The position numbers and the translations under genes were made by a program. 35,790 nucleotides of DNA, taken from Psammoneis japonica. Its lineage: Eukaryota. Below, in pieces: positions 23,862 to 34,549 of the stretch. Positions within the stretch are counted from its first letter, which is position 1. Each line of letters begins with the position of its first letter. Below the pieces are notes generated by a model, which ran no database searches, was not told the DNA's origin, and was given only the letters and a program-made list of their open reading frames with translations. The stretch is from assembly GCA_008632985.1 (NCBI GenBank), contig QPGO01000245.1, forward strand, positions 62,001 to 97,790. Direction: 5' to 3'.

Positions 23862-24807
23862 TAAGTTTTTGTGGATGTTTTGAAAACATGTAGTGGTCTC
23901 AGTACGATGACGGTAGATGTTGTGTAGACTAGCGCCATGTAGCTTGCTATAGACGAACTAGCTAGACCCAATGACTTTCCTCATTGATGCCATTCAGATT
24001 GTAGCTGTGCTCTTTGTATTCAACCAATACTTTGCCCAATGCAACCATTTTTCCGTGAGAAGTTGACGTATCGTATTGCCATCCAACAAAAGAACACACT
24101 ACTTCAAACACTTGCTACGGGTATATCGCACGGACCTCTCATTGTCTCGTCGGCCCGAAAGCCACGTTGCGTTTCCCGACTAGTGTGTGTCTCCGCAGGG
24201 ACGTTGTTTCACGGTAAGAATGGTTCGGAAATGATCCAGGTCAGGGCACGATAGCCGCAAAATCACTAGTGCGTAAGTTGTGTAGTAAATGCGTAGCGAT
24301 AGTGCCGTAGATGCACTCTATACTATCCTTTAAGTTTTTGATGGACGCCATTCAAACGGTAGCTATGCGCCTTCTTACATATCAGATGCCTTGGTCAAGC
24401 AGAGAGCTACTTACTTGGGAACTTTCCTTTTCTTGAATCTTGCGCCGCCTCTTTCGACGATTGGACAAATCCTATCTACAGTACAGATTCATCCAAGCGT
24501 ATACGGTATGTCAACTCGTGATGAAAGCTGCTGTGAGCATTTGTAGCGATTTATTTCAATCACAAATAGATTACCTGGGCAGAGTTAGGGAACAAGACTT
24601 CAAGCTTAACGCTCTTACGTACGAGATGAGACTATCCCAACGATACCAGCTCATGTACACCACTGTAAAAACCGATACGGCCTTTTAAAATGAAAAATTC
24701 CAAAAGGAGCGTAATAAACTCTGTTGTTTGCAATGAAGAGGTAGTATTTCCTTTCATGACAGGCTTCAAGCTCATACATAAGAGCGGCCCACAACTACGG
24801 CTCCTCG

Positions 24808-26559
24808 TCATCGCTTTAGTCGACCAAAATTCAACGCGACAAACAAAGTAACCATTAAAAAGACCGACAAGATCCAAAACGTGGGATACGCCCACTCTTC
24901 CGATAATTCTGGCATGTGAGTAAAATTCATTCCGTACACCCCCGTCAAGAATTGTGCGGGCAAAAACACGGCTGAAATGACAGTTAGAGCGTACAGGGTG
25001 GAATCCATTTGCTGCGACTGGAACTTGTCAGCATCGGAATCGACAGACTCGCAATCCACAATAAGTTGCTTGACCTCTTCGTCGGCGCTCTCCAAGTTAT
25101 CAAGCACATCTCGGAGGTACACGGTAACTCCGTCCTTAATGGCGTCGTCTTCAATCATGTGCGTTAGTAGTCTCGTAAAGGGCTTGAGTCTCCGACCCAT
25201 CTTTTCCAGTTCGCTCCTGAGCTTGTGAATGCGCTTGAGGTTTCGATAGCTATTTTTCTTTTCTAAAAAATCCCTTTCTTGCTCGATTTCATGTCTCATC
25301 TTTTTCACAATGGGATGGATCAAATCCACAGCTTCGTCCAGGAGAGCATAAGTCAGATATTGCGCATCGTATTGTCTCAATTTGGAGTAACTCTTTTCCA
25401 GCTCGTGTTGAACCCGTTGCCAAAGATGGTGCTTGAACCTACTACTGCTCATGTCTGAAGTTGCAGCATGGACGCCATTGTTGGTAAAGGTAATGATTGT
25501 GTCGTCTTTGGGAACATTGACAAAGATACTAACCAGTCTCACGCGTATACTGGTAATGTGCTTGATTCGAGGCTTGTCTCTTATCGTTTCACTACGATTG
25601 GATGGATCCTTTTTGCATTTTTGAAACCACCTACGGATCAATACAGGAAAAAAGCATAGAATCGCCTCGACTGTTTTCCGAAAGGATGACGCAGCACCAG
25701 GGCTAGGGTTTCGTTCCAACGTGGTCCATTCCAAATCAAACACAGGAATCATGATAAAGTAGTGATTGGAATACAATTCTGCCTTGGGTCTTTGAATTTC
25801 CGGTGACAGGGCATCCTCAAGTGCTAATGGATGCAATAGATACTTGATGGCCAAGCGCTTCATGTCCATGGCGGATGCTGCCACCGGCGAAGATGGGTAC
25901 ACATTGATCCATCGAGTCTTGACCCAATCCGCTCTCCTTTGAAAATAAAAATCCCTCGAGTCCATGGTTTCTTGCTGCTGACAATTTCGTAGAGGAGCAC
26001 CTCGATTGAAAACGAGCTTTCGTTCAAACTGAATCGGCTCATAGTCAATCACCTCGAGCGATGGCTCCTCGGGCGGTCCTTCCTCCGACGAGGAACGAAG
26101 AACGATGTTTCGAAGCATAAGAAGACGTATTCCCTCGGAAAATTCTTCAAACGAAATGTCACCGCTCCCATCCAAATCAAGATACTTGACAAGCTGCTGA
26201 AAGCTCGTTTCATCCAACAAGGAAGAATCATGAAGGCCTGCGGTGTGAAACTCGATTCCGTTTCGTAAGGTTTCATACGATATTCTCCCGTCCTTGTCGG
26301 CATCAAACATATCAAAGACGTATTGGAGTCGCTCGGCTGTTAGATCGAGAATGGATTCAAATATGGATTCTTCACCATTCTCATCGCTTATGATTTGTTC
26401 CGACGTGTCGTTATTACTTCCAAGAATCACGTCGGACGATGCGACTGCTGGGTTGACAACTCCCACATGAGAAAGAAAACTTTGCAACGTATCGGGTAAT
26501 CGAGCGGATCCCTCTTCAGCCTGGAGGGTTTCTTCAGCAACAAACTCTCTAGTTGACAT
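24808..26559 (-). CDS. CorA-family Mg2+/divalent cation transporter with N-terminal EF-hand pair
   Basis: Intact 583-aa ORF. EF loops DADKDGRISYE and DLDGSGDISFEE; CorA hallmarks LHPLALED, QRPKAE, YLRDVLDNL, TM1 FLPAQFLTGVYGMNF and MPEL, then TM2. Confidence 0.92.
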   Translation of the reverse strand: MSTREFVAEETLQAEEGSARLPDTLQSFLSHVGVVNPAVASSDVILGSNNDTSEQIISDENGEESIFESILDLTAERLQYVFDMFDADKDGRISYETLRNGIEFHTAGLHDSSLLDETSFQQLVKYLDLDGSGDISFEEFSEGIRLLMLRNIVLRSSSEEGPPEEPSLEVIDYEPIQFERKLVFNRGAPLRNCQQQETMDSRDFYFQRRADWVKTRWINVYPSSPVAASAMDMKRLAIKYLLHPLALEDALSPEIQRPKAELYSNHYFIMIPVFDLEWTTLERNPSPGAASSFRKTVEAILCFFPVLIRRWFQKCKKDPSNRSETIRDKPRIKHITSIRVRLVSIFVNVPKDDTIITFTNNGVHAATSDMSSSRFKHHLWQRVQHELEKSYSKLRQYDAQYLTYALLDEAVDLIHPIVKKMRHEIEQERDFLEKKNSYRNLKRIHKLRSELEKMGRRLKPFTRLLTHMIEDDAIKDGVTVYLRDVLDNLESADEEVKQLIVDCESVDSDADKFQSQQMDSTLYALTVISAVFLPAQFLTGVYGMNFTHMPELSEEWAYPTFWILSVFLMVTLFVALNFGRLKR

Positions 26560-26666
26560 GGCTTATAATCATAATGTGTTGTGCATCGTCGCCATATTCA
26601 CGATGTTGTGCCTCCGCACTCTCCCCATCGCCATCGTCGTGTTCTCGTTTCTCTCGTGATTTTTTT

Positions 26667-27254
26667 CAGGGGTGCGTGCGTGGAGCTGGGTGCTCAACGT
26701 CTTGCACCGTGCACCGGCGTCCACATTGCTCCGGAATCAGCGGCGCCGGACACACCGATGCACCGGCAAGTGTGTGTTGTGGTTCAGGTTAGTTCATCTA
26801 CATTGTGCTCTCACAATGTGCTCTACACTTTTCGGCAATGAATGAGGTGGATCAGAGCAACAGCACTTCTGCTGCAAACTCGCCTGCTCCAGAATCAGCC
26901 ACGTTGGATGCACTGTCAAGTCCATGTTGCATTCCCACAGGTTGTGTTGGTTCATCTGTTTTGTGCTCTCACAATGTGCTCCATGCTTTTTGGCAATGAA
27001 TGAGGTGGAACAGAGCAGCGGCACTTCAAACAATGGAACAGCAGCTCCTGCTACAAACTTGCCTGCTCCAGACTCCAGAATCAGCTGTGCCGGATGCACC
27101 GGCAAGTCTGCATTGCCGCTCCTGTTGGCAGCGACAGTTCACCCACATTGTGCTCTCACAATGCATTCTGCACTTTCTTGGCAGTGAACAAGGTGGCTGC
27201 CAGCAGCAGCACTTCAAAAAAGTGAGCTGCAACTGCTGCTGCAAACTCCAGGGT
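26667..27254 (+). repeat. Dispersed repeat copy B (three ~160-bp subunits), more CpG kept at its left end
   Basis: Direct homologue of 22432-22992; many differences are CG/TG/CA/TA interchanges. Confidence 0.9.
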
Positions 27255-27631
27255 GTTGTCTCTGTCAGCATCATTTGACACAAATGCAAACAACAAAATG
27301 GAGCGTTCATGGTGCAACGCAAAGATTTTAATTTGCAGGTTTTGTGGGGACAGAGGGTGGGCTCTCTCAAGGAGAAAACGTGCCCCTGTTTCATGGTGAA
27401 GCATGATTTCCTCACAGGGAGGGAGGGTCTAATCCCATGGCATAAAAATGTTCATCAATCACAGTTGACATGTTGTTGCCAACTGCAGCCACAACTGTCA
27501 AGGTTTGAAACAACAAAATTTTGCACTGTGACAGATTAAAAAATCACTGGGAGAAAGGTGATCTGGATCACCACAATGCACGCTCTGATGACAAGCAAGC
27601 AGAAGCAGCATCATTGTGCTGCATGGCAAAT

Positions 27632-27873
27632 CTGAAAACTTCTCTGCCATCTTCTGCCAGGGATTTTTGTCATGTCTCACAATGAAAAGCTCCTGTGTCT
27701 CACAAAAACTGACTCTCCAGCCAGACAATGGGGTGGTGGCTCTCAAAGAGCAGAGGGAGCAAAGGCAATGGAATGACAACATGCTGGAACAAGAGCATGC
27801 ACCAAAAGTCAAACATTTTGCCAGCAGGGCAGAAAGCAAACATCACATTGTGAAGGCCAAAATTGCAAAATGC
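27632..27873 (+). repeat. Dispersed repeat, homologous to 33415-33701
   Basis: Shared aacttctctgc...tgccagggatt...gggtggtggctc...gagcaaaggca.tgga.tgacaacatg...cagggcagaaagcaaacatca...ccaaaattgcaaaatgc. Confidence 0.8.
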
Positions 27874-29661
27874 TCTGCTTCACATGGAGCAATGTGTCAT
27901 GTCTTCAAGATCATAGCACTTTTGTCATGGTTTTGTGCTTGAACCCATGTGCCCCACAATGGCAAGTGACCCATTGGATCACAGCATGCTGGGGCTCAAT
28001 CTCAGAGTTGTTGAGCTTGCGTGTGAGGACAGTGTGGCCATGCTGCAGTCTCTGCACATTGTGGATGAATGCGCGCAGCTGACATCTCAAGTTTGGCATC
28101 ATTGTTGCTCAAGTTGAGGACTGAAGTTGTGAGCCAGTGGCCAGGAGATGGCTTCTCTGTGTCCAGAATCTGGCACCAATTCTGTCACTTGGGGCAACTG
28201 TTCTCAAGGTTGGGATCAGATGAAGGCATGGTCTGCCACATGTGCTGGTGACAGGTTTGCCACCTTGTGCAGGCAAAAAGGTGTGATCACAACAGATCCA
28301 GACAAGATGATGCCCACAGTGAGTGGCAAATTGTCCAAGCCAGTCACAGCAGGGAGGGTCTGCATCCATTGCCACAAGAGGAGCTCCTGGTGAGTTGCTT
28401 GAAGCAGCATTCTCCAAGTCAGTTGTGGACAGGGGTCTTGGAAACAGGGGAGCTGTCATGTGTTCTGATGCAGGCAGCAGACCTGGGATGCATGCTGGAG
28501 TTGAGACCCAGAGAAGCTCAAGGTAAAAACCTTGAAATGCAGCCTCACTTGATGTGAAGAGAAAAGTTTGTTCCTGTGTCTGGCTCCAGGGTGCCACCCA
28601 CTGAACATGCAGTTCAAAAGAAGAGCAGTGGGTTTTTTGCCTCTGGCAAAGTGTCACACACACCTCCCAGACATGCTGTGAAACACACCCCATTGCCATT
28701 AAAAAATGGGGGGTCACAAGTCAGCAGCACACACCAGGGGAAATGGAGGTCAGCCAGCTGGAGGCCAGTGGTCAAAAGTGCTGCACTTGCAAGAGTTTTT
28801 GGACAGAGATCAGGCACACACATGTCATCCAAGTCTTCTGTGAGCACAACATGCATGATTTCCATGGTCTGTTCCTGCACTTTGTTGCAAATGGAAGCCT
28901 GCAACTCAGGAACAAGTTGTGTGGCATCATCAAAGCTGTGTGGCAGGGTTGAAAGTTGTGGGGCACCAGGATGTCTGGGTCAGAAGTCAAGTTCAGGATG
29001 AGCCCCAAGACACTTTCTTTGCACAAGCAAAGCTCAGCACAGCTTGGGGAATCATCTGGCTGGTGCATTTCCCCCATGTTCAAACTTGCTGTCCTCAAAA
29101 TCTTGAGAGTTGTCTCCCAGGAGGGGCTCCAGAATTCTTGCAAAGCTGGCTCCTCCAGGTTCTCTGGAAATTGTCCTGTCACTGTCAATGTGCCCTCCAA
29201 GTGTGCTGATCACTGCCCTCTCTTGGCTTCAGTGCAGAGTCATTTTTCCAGAAATCTTGAGCAGTTTCTTGCAGCAAAAAGCAACTTGCCATTGCAAAAA
29301 AGAAGATTCTCTCTGGTTGATGTTGCAAGACTCAGTCATGTGGAGCTGCACATCAGCTGCCCTCAATTCTCTCTCCACAGCCTGCAAACTCAACACCAGG
29401 TTGGGCTGCAAACTGCAAGCAAGCAACGCCAGGCAGAGAAAGCCTCCTTTTGGGGGTGAAGAAAAAAGGATTGGCAAGATCCCCAGCTGTGCAAGATGCA
29501 AACACCCACACACAAGCTCTTCCAGATGGAAAATGCAATGCCAGACAGTTGCCAGCAAGCTGCCTTTCCATTGTGGTTGCCCTGTGGGCACAAAGCTTTC
29601 TGCTCATCAAATCTTCCAGCAAAAACGTCTGTGTGCACACTTCTGCTGCATGTGCAGCACA

Positions 29662-31194
29662 GCTGGAGCCTGGCAACCTGGACACTGGCTGGGCTGAGCA
29701 TCTGCCCTTGAGTGCTCTCAAAAATCAACTGGGTGCCAGATGGTGCTCACACAAAAGAGCGCTCCTCTGTTGGCAAACATGCCAAGGAGCAAAGGGCCCA
29801 GCCCCAACAGCAAGCTGAGCAACAGAAGAGCTCTCAGACCAGAGTGTGATGAGAAGGAAATGTTGAGTCAAAAGCATTGCTCACCTTTTGGAGCAATGCT
29901 CATTTTCAAAGCACTGGCATTGTGTGAGCAGGTGCTGTCTGCAAGTCACAAGGGCCTGCACCATCCTCTGCTCTGTCAGCTGTGAAGCTGATGCTGAATC
30001 AGGAGTTGGTTGTTTTTTGTGCCAAAGGATGCCAGCTGACTTTTTGCATGTCCAATGCTGGCTGCACTCAGTGTGGCAAATTGAGAGGTGAAAGCAATGT
30101 TGTTCCAACCATCAGTCATTGTGCTTTTCACTGATGAAGAAGACCAGCACTGAGGCTCTGCTGCAGCTGTGCTCTTCACAGCTTTGTCATGTCCAAAGCT
30201 CAAAGGACTCTGCCAGGCTCCTTGAGCTTCAATGTTGGGGGATCTTCTCAACTGCACAACAAGTGAGAGAAAGTTGGCACTGACAACATGCTGAAAACAA
30301 GCTGCTGATGGACAACCCCATGAGCTTCAAGCAGCAATGGGCACACTTCTTGATCCCAGGAAAAGTGAAAAAGTGTGCTCTGTCACAAGCACTGGCTTTT
30401 TGGCATGCACTGACAGTGGAAAAGAAAAAGAAAAAGCAAGAAGCACACAGACAAGGAGAGCCAAGAAAAATTGCTTTGTCTTTTTGCTGAGCAACAAAAG
30501 CTCTGGCTTGCCCAAAGCTTGGCAAGCAAAAAATCACAAATGAGAAAAAAAGAGTTTTGTGACACAAAAGAGCTGGCAGAGAAAAAAGGATGGTGAGCAG
30601 GCCTTTGGACACAGTGGGGCAATTTTTGGAAAAAAGACAGCACCCCCACAGCAAGGCCGCCCCACATGTGTGCAAGTGAGTGCTTGGGCCATGGGTGCAC
30701 ATGCTGCATGCTGTGCAGAGTTTGCATGGCAGCATGATCACAGGGAAAAAGCTCCCCTCCTTGCCCCCACTGCATGATCTAAAGGCCTGATGGCAAGCAA
30801 GAGATTCCTGGCTGGAGCCTGGCAACCTTGATGCTGGCCAGGCTGAGCAGCTGCCCTTGAGTGCTCAAAGATCAGCTGGGTGCCAGAAGGCACTTGCACA
30901 AAAGAGCGCTCCTCTGCCAGCAAACAGGCTGAGGTGCAAAGGGCCCAGAGCCCCAAAAGCAAGCCAAGCAATGTCTGGCAGAAGGGCTCTCAGACCAGTG
31001 TGCAACAAAGAAATGTTGGACCAAAATCATTGTTCACTTTTAAAAGAGCAATGCTTGTTGGCAAAAGCACTGACATTGTGGGAGCAGGTGTGCAACCACA
31101 GCTTTTTCCAACACGTCTCATCTGTCCTCTGCCATGAAGCCAATGCTGAATCACAAGTTGGTTGCTTTTTTTGTTGAAGGATGCCAGTTGACTT
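29662..31194 (+). repeat. Diverged ~380-bp direct repeat pair (29662-30042 and 30811-31194)
   Basis: gctggagcctggcaacct...ctgcccttgagtgctc...acaaaagagcgctcctctg...ctctcagaccag...ggatgccag.tgact in both copies, with many TG<->CA swaps. Confidence 0.85.
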
Positions 31195-31260
31195 GTCAAA
31201 ATGTCTGATTTCTGTGTTGCGCATTCCAAATGATCACAAAAGCCAATGCAATTTTTCCAA

Positions 31261-32160
31261 TCATGGAGCACTGTGGCTGGGCATTGCAAGGTTGATCTTC
31301 TGGTGTTGCTGTGGCCCCATGTCACCTTGTCCACAACAGCAGCAGGTTTGATTTTCAGACTCCAGAGTGCAAGGACCTCATGCCAGCACCAACCATCCTC
31401 ACATGCAACAGGTGGTGTCTGGTGGGTCCCAGGCAACAATTCAAGAACTGAGGTTGGGTGCTGTTGCAAGGCAATTCTTGTGGTGTTGTGCCCCTTGTCA
31501 CCTGGTCTTCAACAGCAGCAGAGAGACTTTGGCTTCCAAACTCCAGTTGCAAGCTACAAGCTGAGTGTGCTGGCAGTCTCTGGTGGGCCCCAGGCATGAC
31601 TTTAAGAACTGTGATTGAGCACTCTTGCAAGGTTGCTTTTGCAGTGTTGTGGCCCCATGTTGGTGCTGTCATGGGATCCTTGCACTCTGGAGCTGGGAAA
31701 GTCAAGTCTGCTCCCTGCTGCCAGGGACAAATTAAAGAACTGCCTGGGATCTCCAGACACCACCAATGCCCTCAGCTTGCAGCTGTTGAGTTGATGAGTT
31801 GTTGCCACCATGTGGGGTCATTTCACTCTGGAGTTTGAAAGCTCAAGCATGCTGGCACTGTTGGGGACAAGGTGACATCATGGGGCCACAATGCCCCACA
31901 ACATCAATCTTGTTGCAGCACCCAGCTGCAGTTCTCAGGGTGTCACCTGGGATCCACAATGAAATGCTGCCAGTGCCCTCAGCTTGCTGTTGTCAGGTTT
32001 TTTGGCACCATCACAGGGGTTCCTTCATTCTGGTGCTGGGAGTTTGCAAATGTTGAAGTGTGCACCTCTGGCTGGCTGGGAGAACAAGATGGGGTTGCCA
32101 CAACTGTGCAACTCACTGACCCTGCACTGCTCAGTGCTCAACCACAGTTCTCAACATGTC
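31261..32160. repeat. 190-bp unit family: inverted units (31261-~31660) followed by direct units (~31660-32160)
   Basis: gtggccccatgtcaccttgtcc...ctccagagtg (31311-31369) is the reverse complement of the 9569-10222 unit. Forward cactctggag occurs at 31683 and 31824. Confidence 0.8.
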
Positions 32161-32446
32161 ATCAAGTCTGTGCCAAGCTGCTGGAAACAAGGCAACATGG
32201 AGCCACAACAGCACATGACAACAGCACTGGCAAGGGCAACACTGGCTCATTGGGGACAAGGGGTGCCAGCAGGGGGGGCACTGCTGCTCTGGCTCTTTGC
32301 AGACACACATCCAGTGCCGTGGCCATGCTGGCCCGGTCAACCTCTTGCTCAACCAGCTCCCTTTCTACAACCACCTGCATGACAACTCCATGACCTCTTC
32401 TAACCTCCTGCCTGCAAGTTTCAACCACAGCGACAATGCAACAGCA

Positions 32447-32828
32447 GCAGCAACAAAGGGTGTTGTGCATGTGTGGGCTGGACTGCTGCAAAGATCAGCT
32501 TCAACAGCAGCCCCCCCAGATGCAAACAAACAAGCTGTGTGGAGCAGTGCAAATGCAAAAGTTTCATTCTTGGCAAGAGCCAGCTGACACAACAAAAGCT
32601 GAGATCTCAACCTTCTTTGTGCACGATTTGGTTCACGTGCAGCTGGAACACGTCTGCAGCAACAAAGGGTGTTGTGCATGTGTGGGCTGGACTGCTGCAA
32701 AGATCAGCTTCAACAGCAGCCCCCCCAGATGCAAACAAACAAGCTGTGTGGAGCAGTGCAAATGCAAAAGTTTCATTCTTGGCAAGAGCCAGCTGACACA
32801 ACAAAAGCTGAGATCTCAACCTTCTTTG
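32447..32828 (+). repeat. Identical 173-bp direct duplication (32447-32619, 32656-32828) with a 36-bp spacer
   Basis: Base-for-base identical on manual comparison. Confidence 0.95.
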
Positions 32829-33195
32829 ACAACAGATGCAACTGCACCTGATTGAAGCAATGTTCAACATGTCCAGCTGCCAGACAATCAGGAGCTCACA
32901 CACAGCACCAGGAGCAATGAAAACCAATGGAGCAATTCATTTCAGTTGATTCAAACAATTTAAACTGCTTTCAAGAGCCAATGCTTTGAAATGCTTTTAA
33001 AGAAAGATCCTTGCAAAATGACACAGGCAATGATTGCCAAGCTGACTGGCTTGGCCCCATGGCAAAAAGGCACATTGCTGCCACACAAAACAACACAAAA
33101 AAAAAACACCAGATCACACCCAAGCAGCTTATGAACAATGACAACATTGAAGGAAGGTGCCAACAAACCCAGGACTCTGCATGTGACAACAAAGA

Positions 33196-33360
33196 AAAGC
33201 CCAGGGAAAGGCAAGAGGTCAGATGTGTGACACAAGAGCAGGCAGCTTGTGCAGCAAACAACAAGCCAATGCTTTCCTTTGCACTTTCTTTGTCTCTTGA
33301 AACTCACACAAGCCAGCAAAAACAGCCAGAGACAAGAAACAAATGCTGCAAAATTGCACA
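33196..33360 (+). repeat. Uninterrupted (empty-site) homologue of the repeat split by the TIR element at 19549-20867
   Basis: gggaaaggcaagaggtcagatg...gagca matches 19507-19543 and runs directly into cttg..cagcaaacaacaa...ttgaaactca.acaag, which matches 20872-20995. Confidence 0.85.
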
Positions 33361-34110
33361 CAGGCAAGCAGAAACAGCAGCATTGTGCCATGCTTGCCAA
33401 AGAAATGTGTCAAACTGACAACTTCTCTGCACTGTTTTTTGCCAGGGATTGTGCTGTCATGCCTCACAGTGAAAAGAGGGGTGGAGCATGACTTGATGCC
33501 AGCACAGCAAAAAATGCCAAGAAGCAAGATGGGTTGCAAGAAGAGACAATGGGACAGATGGCAGGGTGGTGGCTCAAAAAGCATGGAGAGAGCAAAGGCA
33601 GTGGAGTGACAACATGGGCTGAGAGCATGTGCCAAACAACAAACACTGCCAGGGCAGAAAGCAAACATCAGCACACGCTGGAAACCAAAATTGCAAAATG
33701 CAAGCAAATTGACAAACAAATCAAATCAAATGCTGGCATGATCCAGTCAACAACAAACAACAACAATTGAGATCCACAACTCAGGTGTGTGTGCACAGAA
33801 ATGAGCCATGTTGCACTTGTTGTTGTTTCCCACTTTGTTGATTTGGTTGACAACTGACAACCCAGCATTCACAACATTGTTGCACAGCTGTTGGGTTCAA
33901 GCTGATCATGTCAAGAGCCTGCACATTGTGAGACCAAATTTCCTCAAGTCTGGTTTCCCACTTTGCTGATTTGGCCAATTGTGAAAATCCATTTGCTCAC
34001 AATGAAGAAGCACCATTTGACAAGAGCACAAGCTTCTTGTCAAGCAAGTTTCAACTCTGAACAAGAGCAGCTGCATTTTTGTCAGACAGCTGTCAAGAGT
34101 GCAGCACCCA

Positions 34111-34549
34111 TGAGCAGTGATCACCTCCATTTTGTGGGAAAAAACTGTCAAACATTTAAGTGGACAGACATGTTTCAATGGTCACATCTCTGCTGCAAAC
34201 CCTGTCATCCGAGCAAACCCTCAGTGCCTTGCCCCCCCTTTTTGCATGTGAGAAATTTGGTTCTGCCATGTGTTTTCCCCAGAAACTCGTGCTCAGTCAT
34301 TTGGCATGGACTTGGCACGAATTCCACATGGAATTTGCACCAAGTCTGTGCCATTTCTCTCAGACCGCATTTTCCGACAAAGAGAATGAGTGAAACGAAT
34401 TCCTTGCACAACACACAAAAAGGGGGGGTGAGGCACAGAGGGTTTGTTCAGATGACAGGGTTTGCGGCGGAGACATGATCATTGAAACACATCCATTCAC
34501 TCAATTGTTTGACATTTTTTCCCCACAAAATGGAGGTGATCACTGCTTG
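34111..34549. mobile_element. Foldback/MITE-like palindromic element (~440 bp)
   Basis: ~140-bp outer arms (agcagtgatcacctccattttgtggg... / ...ccccacaaaatggaggtgatcactgct) plus an inner 52-bp palindrome at 34302-34353 on nearly the same axis. No TSD identified. Confidence 0.75.

Noticed and set aside
32447..32828. Repeat-spacer-repeat layout resembling CRISPR
   Set aside because: Only two repeats of 173 bp, eukaryotic context and no cas genes.
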